A program made the position numbers and the translations under genes. Below, one piece after another: positions 53,011-64,000 of a DNA stretch of 64,000 nucleotides; positions within the stretch are counted from its first letter, which is position 1, and every line of letters begins with the position of its first letter. This stretch comes from Mobula hypostoma (Eukaryota): the NCBI RefSeq assembly GCF_963921235.1, contig NC_086108.1, positions 77,874,001 through 77,938,000 on the forward strand. Direction: 5' to 3'. A model generated the notes under the pieces. That model did no database searches. It was not told the DNA's origin and worked only from the letters and a program-made list of their open reading frames with translations.

Positions 53011-53913
53011 TGCATGTTCTATGTAACATAGCCTCTACCCAGGTACAATTAAGGAGAAGTGTGTTGGATTCTCTGATTACAGAACTAGATCATCCAACCT
53101 GATGGTTGGTGGTTACTGGATTAATTCCTGAAACTTGCTTTTACTTCCACTCAGAAGGTCCCCAGATCAATAACACGAGCTTTCTGATTTCTGAGACAGA
53201 CACTCACTAACTACCAGTTTGCCACTCCTTTAACACAAAGCCATGAGGCTGAATCCCTCAATGTGTACAGTATATCGGTGTGCTACCCCAGCAGAAAGTG
53301 ATCCAGCTCCACCAATTCTTGCAGCCTGGCTGGACGACTGATTGGTGAGAGACCTCTGATCGAGTAAGAAACCAGTTTGTCTGAATCAGTCTGGAAATAC
53401 TGGCTTGGTAGCAGGGAAGGGAAGTTAATCTGATGGACTTCCACATGTAATTGTTTGTTCAAAGTAGCAACCAACAGAGCAATAATGGCAGGAGCTGGCT
53501 TTGATTTATTTTTTAACATTTTTAACATGCTTTTAATTTTTTCTCACACATCCACTCAGATGATTGACATGGAAACCCTGCAACATTACTTAGCAGTGTC
53601 TATTTTCATGTTGTCTTCTTGAGGAAAGGCAAGTGGGAGGGGGTATAATACAATGAATCCATTCAAAAAGGAAAAGGTTTCAGGAATTGCCTCTTGGGTT
53701 TTCTGTATCAATCACCTCTACAACAAAGTAATTGAAGTTATTAGCATGTGCAAGGGATGCTTTCATGAAGTCCCTACATGACAATAAGTACCATGTGGTG
53801 CAGAGATCATCATGGGCTCTGTGCACCTAAATTAGTCTGACATCAGTAGCCTCATCAAAGGTACGTTTCAGGTGGAAATATGACTCATTATGCAAAATGA
53901 ACATTATAACAGA

Positions 53914-54565
53914 TGTAATGCCCTGGTTCATATTTTTACTATCATGCTGTTCTGTATTTCATTTTGTGCTGTTCTGTGTGAGCTGCTTGTTTTCCGCTTA
54001 TGTTTGGGTTACGGTTGAAGATAAGAGATAGGAGAATTGTGTGCCATCCAATTAGGATGGTCGGATTAAGGGGAGGTTTCTCTGGTGAGGGTCACTAAGA
54101 TTGGGCTTGGGGCTTTTGGTCGAGAGGAGATGAAGAGAGAAGATGCTGGGGAGAACCAGTTGTAGCATACGATCTGGTGGGAGACCTGTTTGTTCAAGGT
54201 GGATTGCGAGCGGCGTTCGGAAGGCGGTGTGTGCCTTCACCTTGACCGAGGGCCCAGCGCATGAGTAACAAAGAAGTTCAAGATGATCTCCAACTTGTGC
54301 ACATTTGACTATTTAATTAGAATGGGCCCTTTTCTTTTTGTTATTCTTTACTAACCCTTTAGTTAAGATTCATAAATATAATTCCTTTAATCGTATGCAG
54401 TGAAGTGTCTGCTATTTCGTGGCATTAATTTGTAATAGGGTAGCAAATTACACAGCATCCACACAAACAGAGGTTTGTGTTGAGAGCGCCTCGATCTCAC
54501 ATATTTGGTGGGGCTGAAGATTGTCTTTCCTAGACTTACGCAGCCGAGGAAACCAGGGTGTTTCA
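53914..54565. mobile_element. Solo LTR (652 bp)
   Basis: TGTAATGCCCTGGTT...AACCAGGGTGTTTCA imperfect terminal IR; 4-bp TSD caga (53910-53913/54566-54569). Confidence 0.85.
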
Positions 54566-54574
54566 CAGACCATG

Positions 54575-55800
54575 TCATAACATACATCCTACTGTCACTG
54601 TCACTGACCTACTGTGGTTTCATAAGCCCTGCACCTACCTAGAGGAGTTCCTCTTGCCAAGTCATTTTGTCACTTTATCATTTCCTGTCAGTCTCTTGCA
54701 CTTAGCGTTACTTTATGTACATGCAATCAGTCTAAACTAATCTTATGTATATATGGGCGCACTCAAACAGTCACTTGTACATAAACAAGAGAAAGTCTGC
54801 AGATGCTGGAAGTCTGAGCAATACACACAAAATGCTGGAGGAACTCAGCAGGCCAGGCAGCATCTATGGAAAAAGTACATGCGATCTTTCAGCCGTCCAG
54901 CATTTTGTGTGAGTTACTTGTATAAGATTGCCTTTATATTTATATTTATTGTGTTTTGTTTTTTTAATTTTGTTCTTTATGCTTATTGTGTCTTTTAATG
55001 CCACATCAGGTTCAAAGTTCAAAATAAATTTAATATCAAAGTACGTATACTACCCTGAGTCTCATTTTCTTGCAGGCATTCACAGTGAGTACAAAGAAAT
55101 ACAAGAGAATCAATGAACGACTACACACAAACAAAGATGGACAAGCAACCAATGTGCACAACAAGACAAACTGTGCAATTGCAAAAGAAATATAACTAAA
55201 TAAATAATAAATAATATTGAGAACATGAGTTGTAGAGTCCTTGAAGGTGAGTCCATAGATTGTGGAATAGTTCATGTTGAAGTGAGTGAAGTTATTCACA
55301 TTAGTTCTGGAGCCTGATGCTTGAAGGATAATAAATGTTCCTGAACCTGGAGATGTAGGACCTAAGGCTCATATACTTCCTTCAGTGAGAAGACAGCACG
55401 GTCTGAATGATAGGGGTCCTGGATGATGGATGCTGCCTTCTTGTGGCAGTTCCTTGTAGGTGTGCTCAATGGTGGCGAGGGCTTTACCCGTGATGGTCTG
55501 GGCCATATCCACCACTTTCTGAAAACTTCTCCATTCTTGGGCATTGATGTTTCCATGCCAGGCTGTGATGCATCCAGTTAGGATATTCTCCACTGTGCAT
55601 TTATAGAAGTTTGCCAGTGTTTTAGATGACATGCCAAATTTGCACAAACTTCTAAGAAAGTAGAGGTGTATCCATGCCTTCAATGTAATGGTACTTACAT
55701 GCTGGTCCCAGGACAGATCCTCTGAGATCCAGAGTAACAATCATTTTGTTCTGCTTTACACTTGTGTACTGAAGAACAACAATAAGCAATCTTGAATCTT
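54575..55800. mobile_element. Rex/Babar fragments with a PLE terminal fragment (about 54778-54910)
   Basis: FYKCTVENILTGCITAWHG; PLE end as at 6503 and 17721. Confidence 0.7.
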
Positions 55801-57872
55801 GAATCACATTACATATAACTACCTAAATTTGATATCTAGCTTCTCAACAAGCTTGCAATTTCATCATATTTTCAAAATAAACTCAATCTTTCCCATAGTT
55901 AACATCAAGAGTTTAAATTAATAACTTATTCTGAGCAAATTTTGAGTGAACCCTGCGTAAACAGGGGGCATACATTTAAGATTAGAGGGGGCAATTTCAA
56001 ACGAGGTGTGAGGGGCAAGTGTTTTCCACAGAGAGTTGTGGATGCCTGGAATGCGCTGCCTGGAGGGTGGTAAAGTCAGATACATTGAAGATTTTTAAGG
56101 GAAGTTTAGATAAGTACATGAATGTGAGGGAAATCGAAGGAAGTGGACATTGTGGAGGCAGAGGGGATTGGTTTAGTTGGCCATTTGATGAGTAAATGAA
56201 TTGGTTTGGCACAACAATGTGGACTGAAGGCCCTGTTCCTGTGCTATACTCTTCTATGTTCTATGTTCTACCTGTTTGGACCCGGCGTGAGATTATGAAA
56301 CTAGATCCTAAGCAAAGCTGGACCTTTAAGAAGAGCTGTATGATGAATTCCTCTGTTAAGACTGTTAATCCTATTTCCTCTTTTGCTTTATACCAGAGTG
56401 ATTACTTCCCTGGTAGGCTTATCTTCAGTATAATTATCTTTGTCACAATTTCCACAACTGATGAAACATAGCAATTGGGAATTTGCACATACTAATCAAA
56501 TCATCCATTAATATCCAGGTTTAACTGAGCAAAGACAAGCATTTTCAATAAATTTTTGTGTGTTGCACAAAAGCAAATGAGAAGTAGATGGTAGATGTTA
56601 ATAGCTTCTATTGACTAGAGAAACACTTCATAAATTTATCAAACATGTACAGCTGAAAATGAGATAGCTGTGACAAAGAAAACTGCTGTGACTCATCAGT
56701 GATATAATCAAATTGTACCTTCAGAATGTGTAAGCAATCCATCATTATTGAAAACTAAATATAATGATAACTATTATATAGTTAACTGAAAATGGAAGTA
56801 ACAAATGGTGGCATAAAGATAGAAGGATGTTATAGTGATCGACAGGTCTCACTGGACTGGTTCATCCCTTTCAGTAAATACTGATGCAAAGTATTCATTT
56901 GGGACCTTGCCCACATCCTCTGTCTCCAAGCACAGATTCCCCCCTTTATCCTTGAGTGGTCCTACCCACGGCATTCTCCTCTTATTCTTAATATATGTAC
57001 AAAGTTTGTATAAAATGCTTTGGGATTCTCTTTAATGATACTTGCAAAAGACTTTTTCATGGCACATTCTGAATGTCCTAATTCCCTTCTTGAATCCATC
57101 AACTCTCTCAACATCCATGATTTCCTGACCTTGCCATCCATGTCCTTCTCACTGGAACATACTGTAGCTGTCCTGTACTCTATGCATTTAGTCTTTAAAC
57201 ACCCTCCACATACCAAACAACTTTTCCCAATTAACTTTCCCTAGTTCTTGCCTAATACTCTCGTAATTTACCCTGCTCCAATTTAATACTCCCCTGTAAA
57301 GTCCAGATTTATAAATTATAAGTTTTAAAAAGCTATCTTAAATCTTAGGGATTTGTGATCACTGTTCCATATTGGTCTCCCGCTGACCAGGCTCGTTACC
57401 CAACACCAGGTCCAGTATGGCCCCTCCTCTTCTTGGACTAGCTATATATATAGATTAAAGAAACCTTCCTGGACACACTTAACAAATTCTGCCCCACCTA
57501 AACTTCTTCAACTAAGGAGGTTCCTCTCTATATTAGGGAAGTTGAAGTCACCCATGACAATAATGCTGTTGTTTTACACCTTTCCCTAATCTGCCTGCAT
57601 GTCTGTTGCTCACAAATTTCTACAGATGTACAAATTTCTAACTGGTTGTATCACCCTCTGGTACAAAGGGGCCACTGCCCCCACCACCAGGACATGCCCT
57701 CTTCTCATTGCTACCATCAAGGAGGAGGTACAGGAGCCTGAAGACACATATTCAGTGTTTTAGGGACAGCTTCTTCTTACCATTAGCTCTCTGAAAGGGC
57801 AATGAACCCATGTACACTACCTCACTATTTTTTTGTTATCTTTGTGCTCTGCTTATTTAATTTTTTAATATA

Positions 57873-58370
57873 CAGTACCATGCAAAAGTCTTAGCTAGTG
57901 TGCCCAAGACATTTGCATGGTACTGTATTTGTCAACATAGAGCGCAGTGCAAATTTGTGAAAGGAGTTTGGGAACAGCAAGGGTGGAGCACCACAGGAGA
58001 GGTGTGAACAGAAAAAGAGTGCCAAGGGCTCGGTGGGTGGTGTAGATGCAATCAGATCAGGCAAGGTCATTTAATTCTAAACAACTGGTTTATTGATCAT
58101 TACAGAATGCCTCTCTGATGCTTCCAGCTCCCTCCCATCTGCTTTTCCATTTTCCCAGCCATGATTCCCTTCTCCCTGTCCCCTTCCCACTCTCAGTCGG
58201 CAATAGAGAGACCCATATCAGAATCAGGTTTATCATCAGTCATGTATGCCATGAAATTTGTCTTTCTTTTGAGGCAGTGCAATACAAAAATTACTACAGT
58301 ACTGTGGAAAAGTCTTAGGCATCATAGCTATGTATATTCAGTACATTTCTCAGGCTTTTGAACAGTGCTG
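57873..58370. mobile_element. Two tiny Tc1-type MITEs (about 57873-57925 and 58297-58370)
   Basis: TA-flanked cagtac..gcaaaagtcttag...tttgcatggtactg palindromes. Confidence 0.6.
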
Positions 58371-59395
58371 TATATTTTCATTGCAATTTATAGTTTTTTA
58401 TTATTATGTATTGCAATGAACTGCTGCTGCAAAACAACAAATTTCAGGACATATACCAATGATATTAAACCTGATTCTACTTCTGATTCAATGTCACAGT
58501 GGTTAAGTGCGGGGTGGGGATTGGGGGGGAAGTCTGTAGTACAATCCCATCACAGTGATTACACCTTTCTTATTTTTGAGTTCTACCCATACAGACTCCG
58601 GATGAGCCTCTATTGTGTCCCCTCTGAGTGCAACTGTGATATTGCCCTGAACAATAGTGCACTTTCCCCAGCTCTTTTTACCTCCTTCTCTATCATTCCT
58701 AAAATATTGAAACCCTGGAATATTAAGCACACATTCCTGTCTCAACCAAGTCTCTTTTATGGCCACAACATCATAGTCCCATGTACCGATACATATTCGA
58801 AGTTCATCATCCTTGCCCAGTTTAAGAGACTACTAGACAGGTATATGGAGGAATTTAAGGTGGGGGCTTATATGGGAGGCAGGGTTTGAGGGTCGGCACA
58901 ACATTGTGGACCGAAGGGCCTGTACTGTGCTGTACTATTCTATGTTCTATGTTCTGTTATAATACTCCTAGCATTAAATTACACACTTCAACCTGACAAT
59001 CTCTTTGTGTTTATTACCTTGCTCTTGCCTGTTTTTACTGCTTATGACATCTACATTCCTCTAAATTCCTCCACTTTCTAAACTGGAACCAGATTAATTT
59101 AAACTCTCATGAGTAGCATTACCAAACCTCCTAGCAAGGATATTGGATTAAGGTGTAACTTGGCCCTTTTGTAGAGATCAGCTCTGCCCTAGAAGAGGTT
59201 CCAATGATTCAAAAACCCAAACCTCTTCCCCCGTGCCAGTTCTTCAGCCACCCCATTCATCTATTCTGTATTTCTATTCCTGCATGGACAAGCATGTGAC
59301 ATTGGGAGTAATCCAGAGATGACTATTTTCAAGAAACATACATCAAAGTTGCTGGTGAACGCAGCAGGCCAAGCAGCATCTATAGGAAGAGGCGC

Positions 59396-59431
59396 AGTCG
59401 ACGTTTCAGGCCGAGACCCTTCGTCAGGACT
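59396..59431 (-). ncRNA. Minimal hammerhead ribozyme motif, intact
   Basis: Minus strand agtc-CTGACGA-agggtctcggcct-GAAA-CG-TC-gact: core, stems I and II, palindromic ACGT stem III, GUC cleavage triplet. Confidence 0.8.
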
Positions 59432-59726
59432 AACTGAAGGAAGAGTGAGTAAGGGATTTGAAAGTTGGAGGGGGAGGGGGAGATCCAAAATGATAGGAGA
59501 AGACAGGAGGGGGAGGGATGGAGCCAAGAGCTGGACAGGTGATAGGCAAAAGGGGATACGAGAGGATCATGGGACAGGAGGTCTGGGAAGAAAGACAAGG
59601 AGGGGGGTGACCCAGAGGATGGGCAAGAGGTATATTCAGAGGGACAGAGGGAGAAAAAGGAGAGTGAGAGAAAGAATGTGTGCATAAAAATGAGTAACAG
59701 ATGGGGTACGAGGGGGAGGTGGGGCC

Positions 59727-61920
59727 TTAGCGGAAGTTAGAGAAGTCAATGTTCATGCCATCAGGTTGGAGGCTACCCAGACGGAATATAAGGTGTTGTT
59801 CCTCCAACCTGAGTGTGGCTTCATCTTTACAGTAGAGGAGGCCGTGGATAGACATGTCAGAATGGGAATGGGATGTGGAATTAAAATGTGTGGCCACTGG
59901 GAGATCCTGCTTTCTCTGGCGGACAGAGCGTAGATGTTCAGCAAAGCGGTCTCCCAGTCTGCGTCGGGTCTCACCAATATATAAAAGGCCACATCGGGAG
60001 CACCGGACGCAGTATATCACCCCAGTCGACTCACAGGTGAAGTGATGCCTCACCTGGAAGGACTGTTTGGGGCCCTGAATGGTGGTAAGGGAGGAAGTGT
60101 AAGGGCATGTGTAGCACTTGTTCCGCTTACACGGATAAGTGTCAGGAGGGAGATCAGTGGGGAGGGATGGGGGGGACGAATGGACAAGGGAGTTGTGTAG
60201 GGAGCGATCCCTGCGGAATGCAGAGAGAGGAGGGAGGGAAAGATGTGCTTAGTGGTGGGATCCCGTTGGAGGTGGCGGAAGTTACGGAGAATAATATGTT
60301 GGACCCGGAGGCTGGTGGGGTGGTAGGTGAGGACCAGGGGAACCCTATTCCTAGTGGGGTGGTGGGAGGATGGAGTGAGAGCAGATGTACGTGAAATGGG
60401 GGAGATGCATTTAAGAGCAGAGTTGATAGTGGAGGAAGGGAAGCCCCTTTCTTTAAAAAATGAAGACATCTCCCTCGTCCTAGAATGAAAAGCCTCATCC
60501 TGAGAGCAGATGCGGCGGAGACGGAGGAATTGCAAGAAGGGGATGGCGTTTTTGCAAGAGACAGGGTGAGAAGAGGAATAGTCCAGATAGCTGTGAGAGT
60601 CAGTAGGCTTATAGTAGACATCAGTGGATAAGCTGTCTCCAGAGACAGAGACAGAAAGATCTAGAAAGGGGAGGGAGGTGTCGGAAATGGACCAGGTAAA
60701 CTTGAGGGCAGGGTGAAAGTTGGAGGCAAAGTTAATAAAGTCAACGAGTTCTGCATGCGTGCAGGAAGCAGCGCCAATGCAGTCGTCGATGTAGCGAAGG
60801 AAAAGTGGGGGACAGATACCAGAATAGGCACGGAACATAGATTGTTCCACAAACCCAACAAAAAGGCAGGCATAGCTAGGACCCATACGGGTGCCCATAG
60901 CTACACCTTTAGTTTGGAGGAAATGGGAGGAGCCAAAGGAGAAATTATTAAGAGTAAGGACTAATTCCGCTAGACGGAGCAGAGTGGTGGTAGAGGGGAA
61001 CTGATTAGGTCTGGAATCCAAAAAGAAGCGTAGAGCTTTGAGACCTTCCTGATGGGGGATGGAAGTATATAAGGACTGGACATCCATGGTGAAAATAAAG
61101 CGGTGGGGGCCAGGGAACTTAAAATCATCGAAAAGTTTAAGAGCGTGAGAAGTGTCACGAACATAGGTCGGAAGGGATTGAACAAGGGGTGATAAAACAG
61201 TGTCGAGGTATGCAGAAACGAGTTCGGTGGGGCAGGAGCAAGCTGAGACAATAGGTCGGCCAGGACAGGCAGGTTTGTGGATCTTGGGTAGGAGGTAGAA
61301 ACGGGAAGTGCGGGGTGTGGGAACTATAAGGTTGGTAGCAGTGGATGGGAGATCCCCTGAGCGGATAAAGTCGGTGATAGTGTGGGAGACAATGGCCTGG
61401 TGCTCCTTAGTGGGGTCACGATCGAGGGGTAAATAAGAGGAGGTATCCGCGAGTTGTTGCTGTGCCTCGGCAAGGTAGAGGTCAGTACGCCAGACTACAA
61501 CAGCACCCCCCTTATCAACGGGTTTAATAATAAGGTTAGGATTAGTGCGGAGGGAGTGGAGAGCAGAACGTTCCGAAGGAGTGAGGTTGGAATGGGGACA
61601 AGGTGCGGTGAAGTCGAGACGGTTGATGTCCCGTCGGCAGTTGGCAATAAAGAGATCCAGAGCAGGCAGAAGACCAGAGCGGGGTGTCCATGAAGAAGAG
61701 GAGGGTTGAAGACGGGAGAAGGGGTCATCGGTGGGGGTGGAAGAGTCCTTGCCGAAGAAGTAGGCTCGGAGACGGAGACGGCGGAAGAAAAGTTCCGCAT
61801 CATGGCGAACACGGAACTCGCTGAGGTGTGGGCGAAGGGGGACAAAGGTGAGGCCCTTACTGAGAACAGAGCGTTCTGCCTCCGACAGTTGAAGGTCGGA
61901 GGGGGTGGTAAAGATCCGGC
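59727..61920 (-). pseudogene. Penelope RT-GIY-YIG ORF, apparently one frameshift near 60230
   Basis: ORFs 60050-61087 and 59727-60053; the RT frame continues upstream through FYLLPKIHK. Confidence 0.85.
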
Positions 61921-61925
61921 CGGAT

Positions 61926-62340
61926 GAGAGCTGGGATCAGAGGGGGGAGGGGGGAGGCTGGGTGTGTCAATGGAGAGGGGAGGGTTGGGGTGAGAGGAAG
62001 ATGGAGCCTCTGAGGGCCCAGGAGCTGACGGTGGGATCTGAGGGAGACGGGATTGCAGAGTATTGGTGGGGGAAGGGGAGACAGGAGTCACAACAACAGC
62101 ATATAAAGACCCGGCCTGGAGTTCAAGGCTGGAATCTTGAGAGCTGGGATCAGAGGGGGGAGGGGGGAGGCTGGGGGTGTCAATGGAGAGGGGAGGGTTG
62201 GGGTGAGAGGAAGATGGAGCCTCTGAGGGCCCAGGAGTTGACGGTGGGATCTGAGGAAGACGGGGCTGCGGAGTGGTGGTGGGGGAAGGGGAGACGGGAG
62301 TCACAACAGCAGCACATAAAGACCCAGCCTGGAGTTCAAG
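61926..62340. repeat. Tandem duplication, period 213 bp
   Basis: gagagctgggatcagagggggg starts at 61926 and 62139; ggagttcaag ends at 62127 and 62340. Confidence 0.95.
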
Positions 62341-62713
62341 ATTTTCAAGATCCTGCTTTTCAGATTCTTTCCCGATTCCCAATACTCACTGTGCAGGACC
62401 TCTTCATCTTTTCTACTCATGTCATTAATACCAACATGCACCATGTCCTCTCCCTTGATAATGTTCTGCAGCTTCGTCTGAGACGCCCTCAAACAGGAGA
62501 CAACACACCATCCTGGTGTTTTTTCATGGCCACAGAATCTCTCTCCTGTCCCTTGACTATTAAATCTCCTACCATTATTGCTCTGCCTGACTTTACTCTT
62601 CTCTGATGGCCTCTGAGCCAGCCGGAGCACCATTGACTTGGATGCAGATGCTGTGCCCCGATCAGTCACTTCCCCCCACTGACCTCCAGCAGTTTTGAAA
62701 GGGGTATACATCT

Positions 62714-63102
62714 AGTAACATGAGGAAATGAATTGTAGCAGCAGAGATGTGGTTTTTGAGGAGGATGCAAAGAATATTATGGACGAAACGAATATCTAAC
62801 GAGGATGTCATGAACAGAGCAAACACAAAAAGAGAAATAATGTATGAGATCATGAAAAGGCAACGTAACTTCATTGGACATGTGATTAGGAAAGAGGAGT
62901 TAGAATGCACGGTAATTATGGGAAAGATTGAAGGGAAGAAAGCAAGAGGAAGACGAACACAAATGATGATAGAGACAGCAGCCAGAGAACTGGAAATGAA
63001 TACCAATGAATTGATCCATTTGAGCCGAAACAGGAGTGTGTGGGCCATGGCAGTCAAAGCTCACACTGGGCATGGTATCTGATGATGACGATGATGATGA
63101 TG
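62714..63102 (+). mobile_element. 5'-truncated RTE LINE
   Basis: MWFLRRMQRILWT...GKIEGKKARGR; (TGA)n tail; 8-bp TSD atacatct. Confidence 0.9.
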
Positions 63103-63602
63103 ATACATCTCACTGAAGTGAATGCCTGCAGTGACTGCCTACTCCCCCACCTCTCCTGATGGTCTGAAGGTTGTACTTTGGGTGGGACCATCTCCGTAGA
63201 AGTCTCATCTATGAGGTTCTCAGCTTTCCGTATTATCTAAATTAGTTAAGACCATCACCTACAGGGGCATGGGCTGTCAACAGCAGCTCAGTAGAGTCCT
63301 CTGTCCTGGGCTAGTCTTCAAGTTGTCCCCAGGTGTAGCCCATTTTCTTGGTATCAGCTTCAAGGTCACATCACCAGGTGTTCCACTTTCCCTGGGGATT
63401 TCACATTAGTGCTTGCCTGGAGATGTTGGTACTTGGCATCTCTATATTCTTGACCCTGAATTTTCTTCCTCTGGTAAATGGTGTCTTCTGTGCTATAGAT
63501 TAGTGTTGCTGATGACTTCTGGCCAGTGGATCTAGAGGATTTTTCTCAGCTACATATTTATAAATGTCTGCACTTTCCTGATGAGAGTCTTTGCGATCCA
63601 AA

Positions 63603-64000
63603 AGACCATAATACATAGGAGCAAAATTAGGCCATTCAGCCTATCAAGTCTGCTCTACCATTCCATCATGGCTGATCCTGGATCCCACTCAACCTCATAC
63701 ACCTGCCTTCTTGCTAAATCCTTTGAAGCCCTGACTGAACAGAAAACAATTGACTTCTGCCTTAAATATACCCACGGACTTGGCCTCCACCACACTCTGT
63801 GGCAGAGCATTCCACAGATTTACCACTCTCTGGCTAAAAAAAAAATTCCTCCTGACCTCTGTTTTAAAGGGTCGCCCCTCGATTTTGAAGTTGTGCCGTC
63901 TATTTCTGAATCCCCCCACCATAGGAAATACCCTCTCTACATCCACCCTATCTAGTCCTTTCAACATTCAGTAGGCTTCAATGAGATCCCCACAATTCTT
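63603..64000 (-). mobile_element. CR1 3' end, continuing beyond the window
   Basis: FFSQRVVNLWNALP; 3' UTR as at 4400-4730. Confidence 0.9.

Larger units (their letters stand above)
59335..62340 (-). mobile_element. Young Penelope-like element (RT plus GIY-YIG), 5'-truncated
   Basis: 10-bp TSD attttcaaga (59325-59334/62341-62350); FYLLPKIHK, MDVQSLYTSIP, GVAMGTRMGP, RYIDD; GVIY..C..C..LYIGET. Confidence 0.95.
56850..62710 (-). mobile_element. Old fragmented CR1 (EN and ORF1 pieces) hosting later insertions
   Basis: AIKETWL...FRNDREG..VWVELKN (EN); VHVGINDM (ORF1 esterase-like); rejoins across the Penelope TSD. Confidence 0.7.

Noticed and set aside
61495..62382. 295-aa proline-rich protein
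   Set aside because: The ORF crosses the Penelope/CR1 insertion junction and the tandem repeat, so it is not an independent gene.

Overview
Eukaryotic, vertebrate-type DNA that is almost entirely interspersed repeats. The mix of abundant CR1, Rex/Babar, RTE, Penelope, tRNA-CORE SINE, Gypsy, hAT and Tc1 elements suggests a cartilaginous fish such as a ray (inference). No intact host protein-coding gene is recognisable; the window looks intronic or intergenic, with only weak candidate exons. Many insertions can be delimited exactly by TIRs or LTRs and target-site duplications (TSDs), giving several nested stacks. Highlights: (1) a two-LTR Mag-like Gypsy element (38051-44437, TSD AATTG) whose RT/RNaseH/integrase core is replaced by an intronless fragment of the host splicing-factor mRNA RBM25 (RRM domain), consistent with LTR-mediated gene capture; (2) a young, near-intact Penelope-like element (59335-62340) with a 10-bp TSD, a 213-bp tandem duplication and a minimal hammerhead ribozyme motif, plus further hammerhead copies; (3) a young Gypsy pol with an atypical YLDN RT motif; (4) three solo LTRs, several hAT elements and MITEs, and a fold-back palindrome beside a hAT end. 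Family names come from motif recognition, not database searches.
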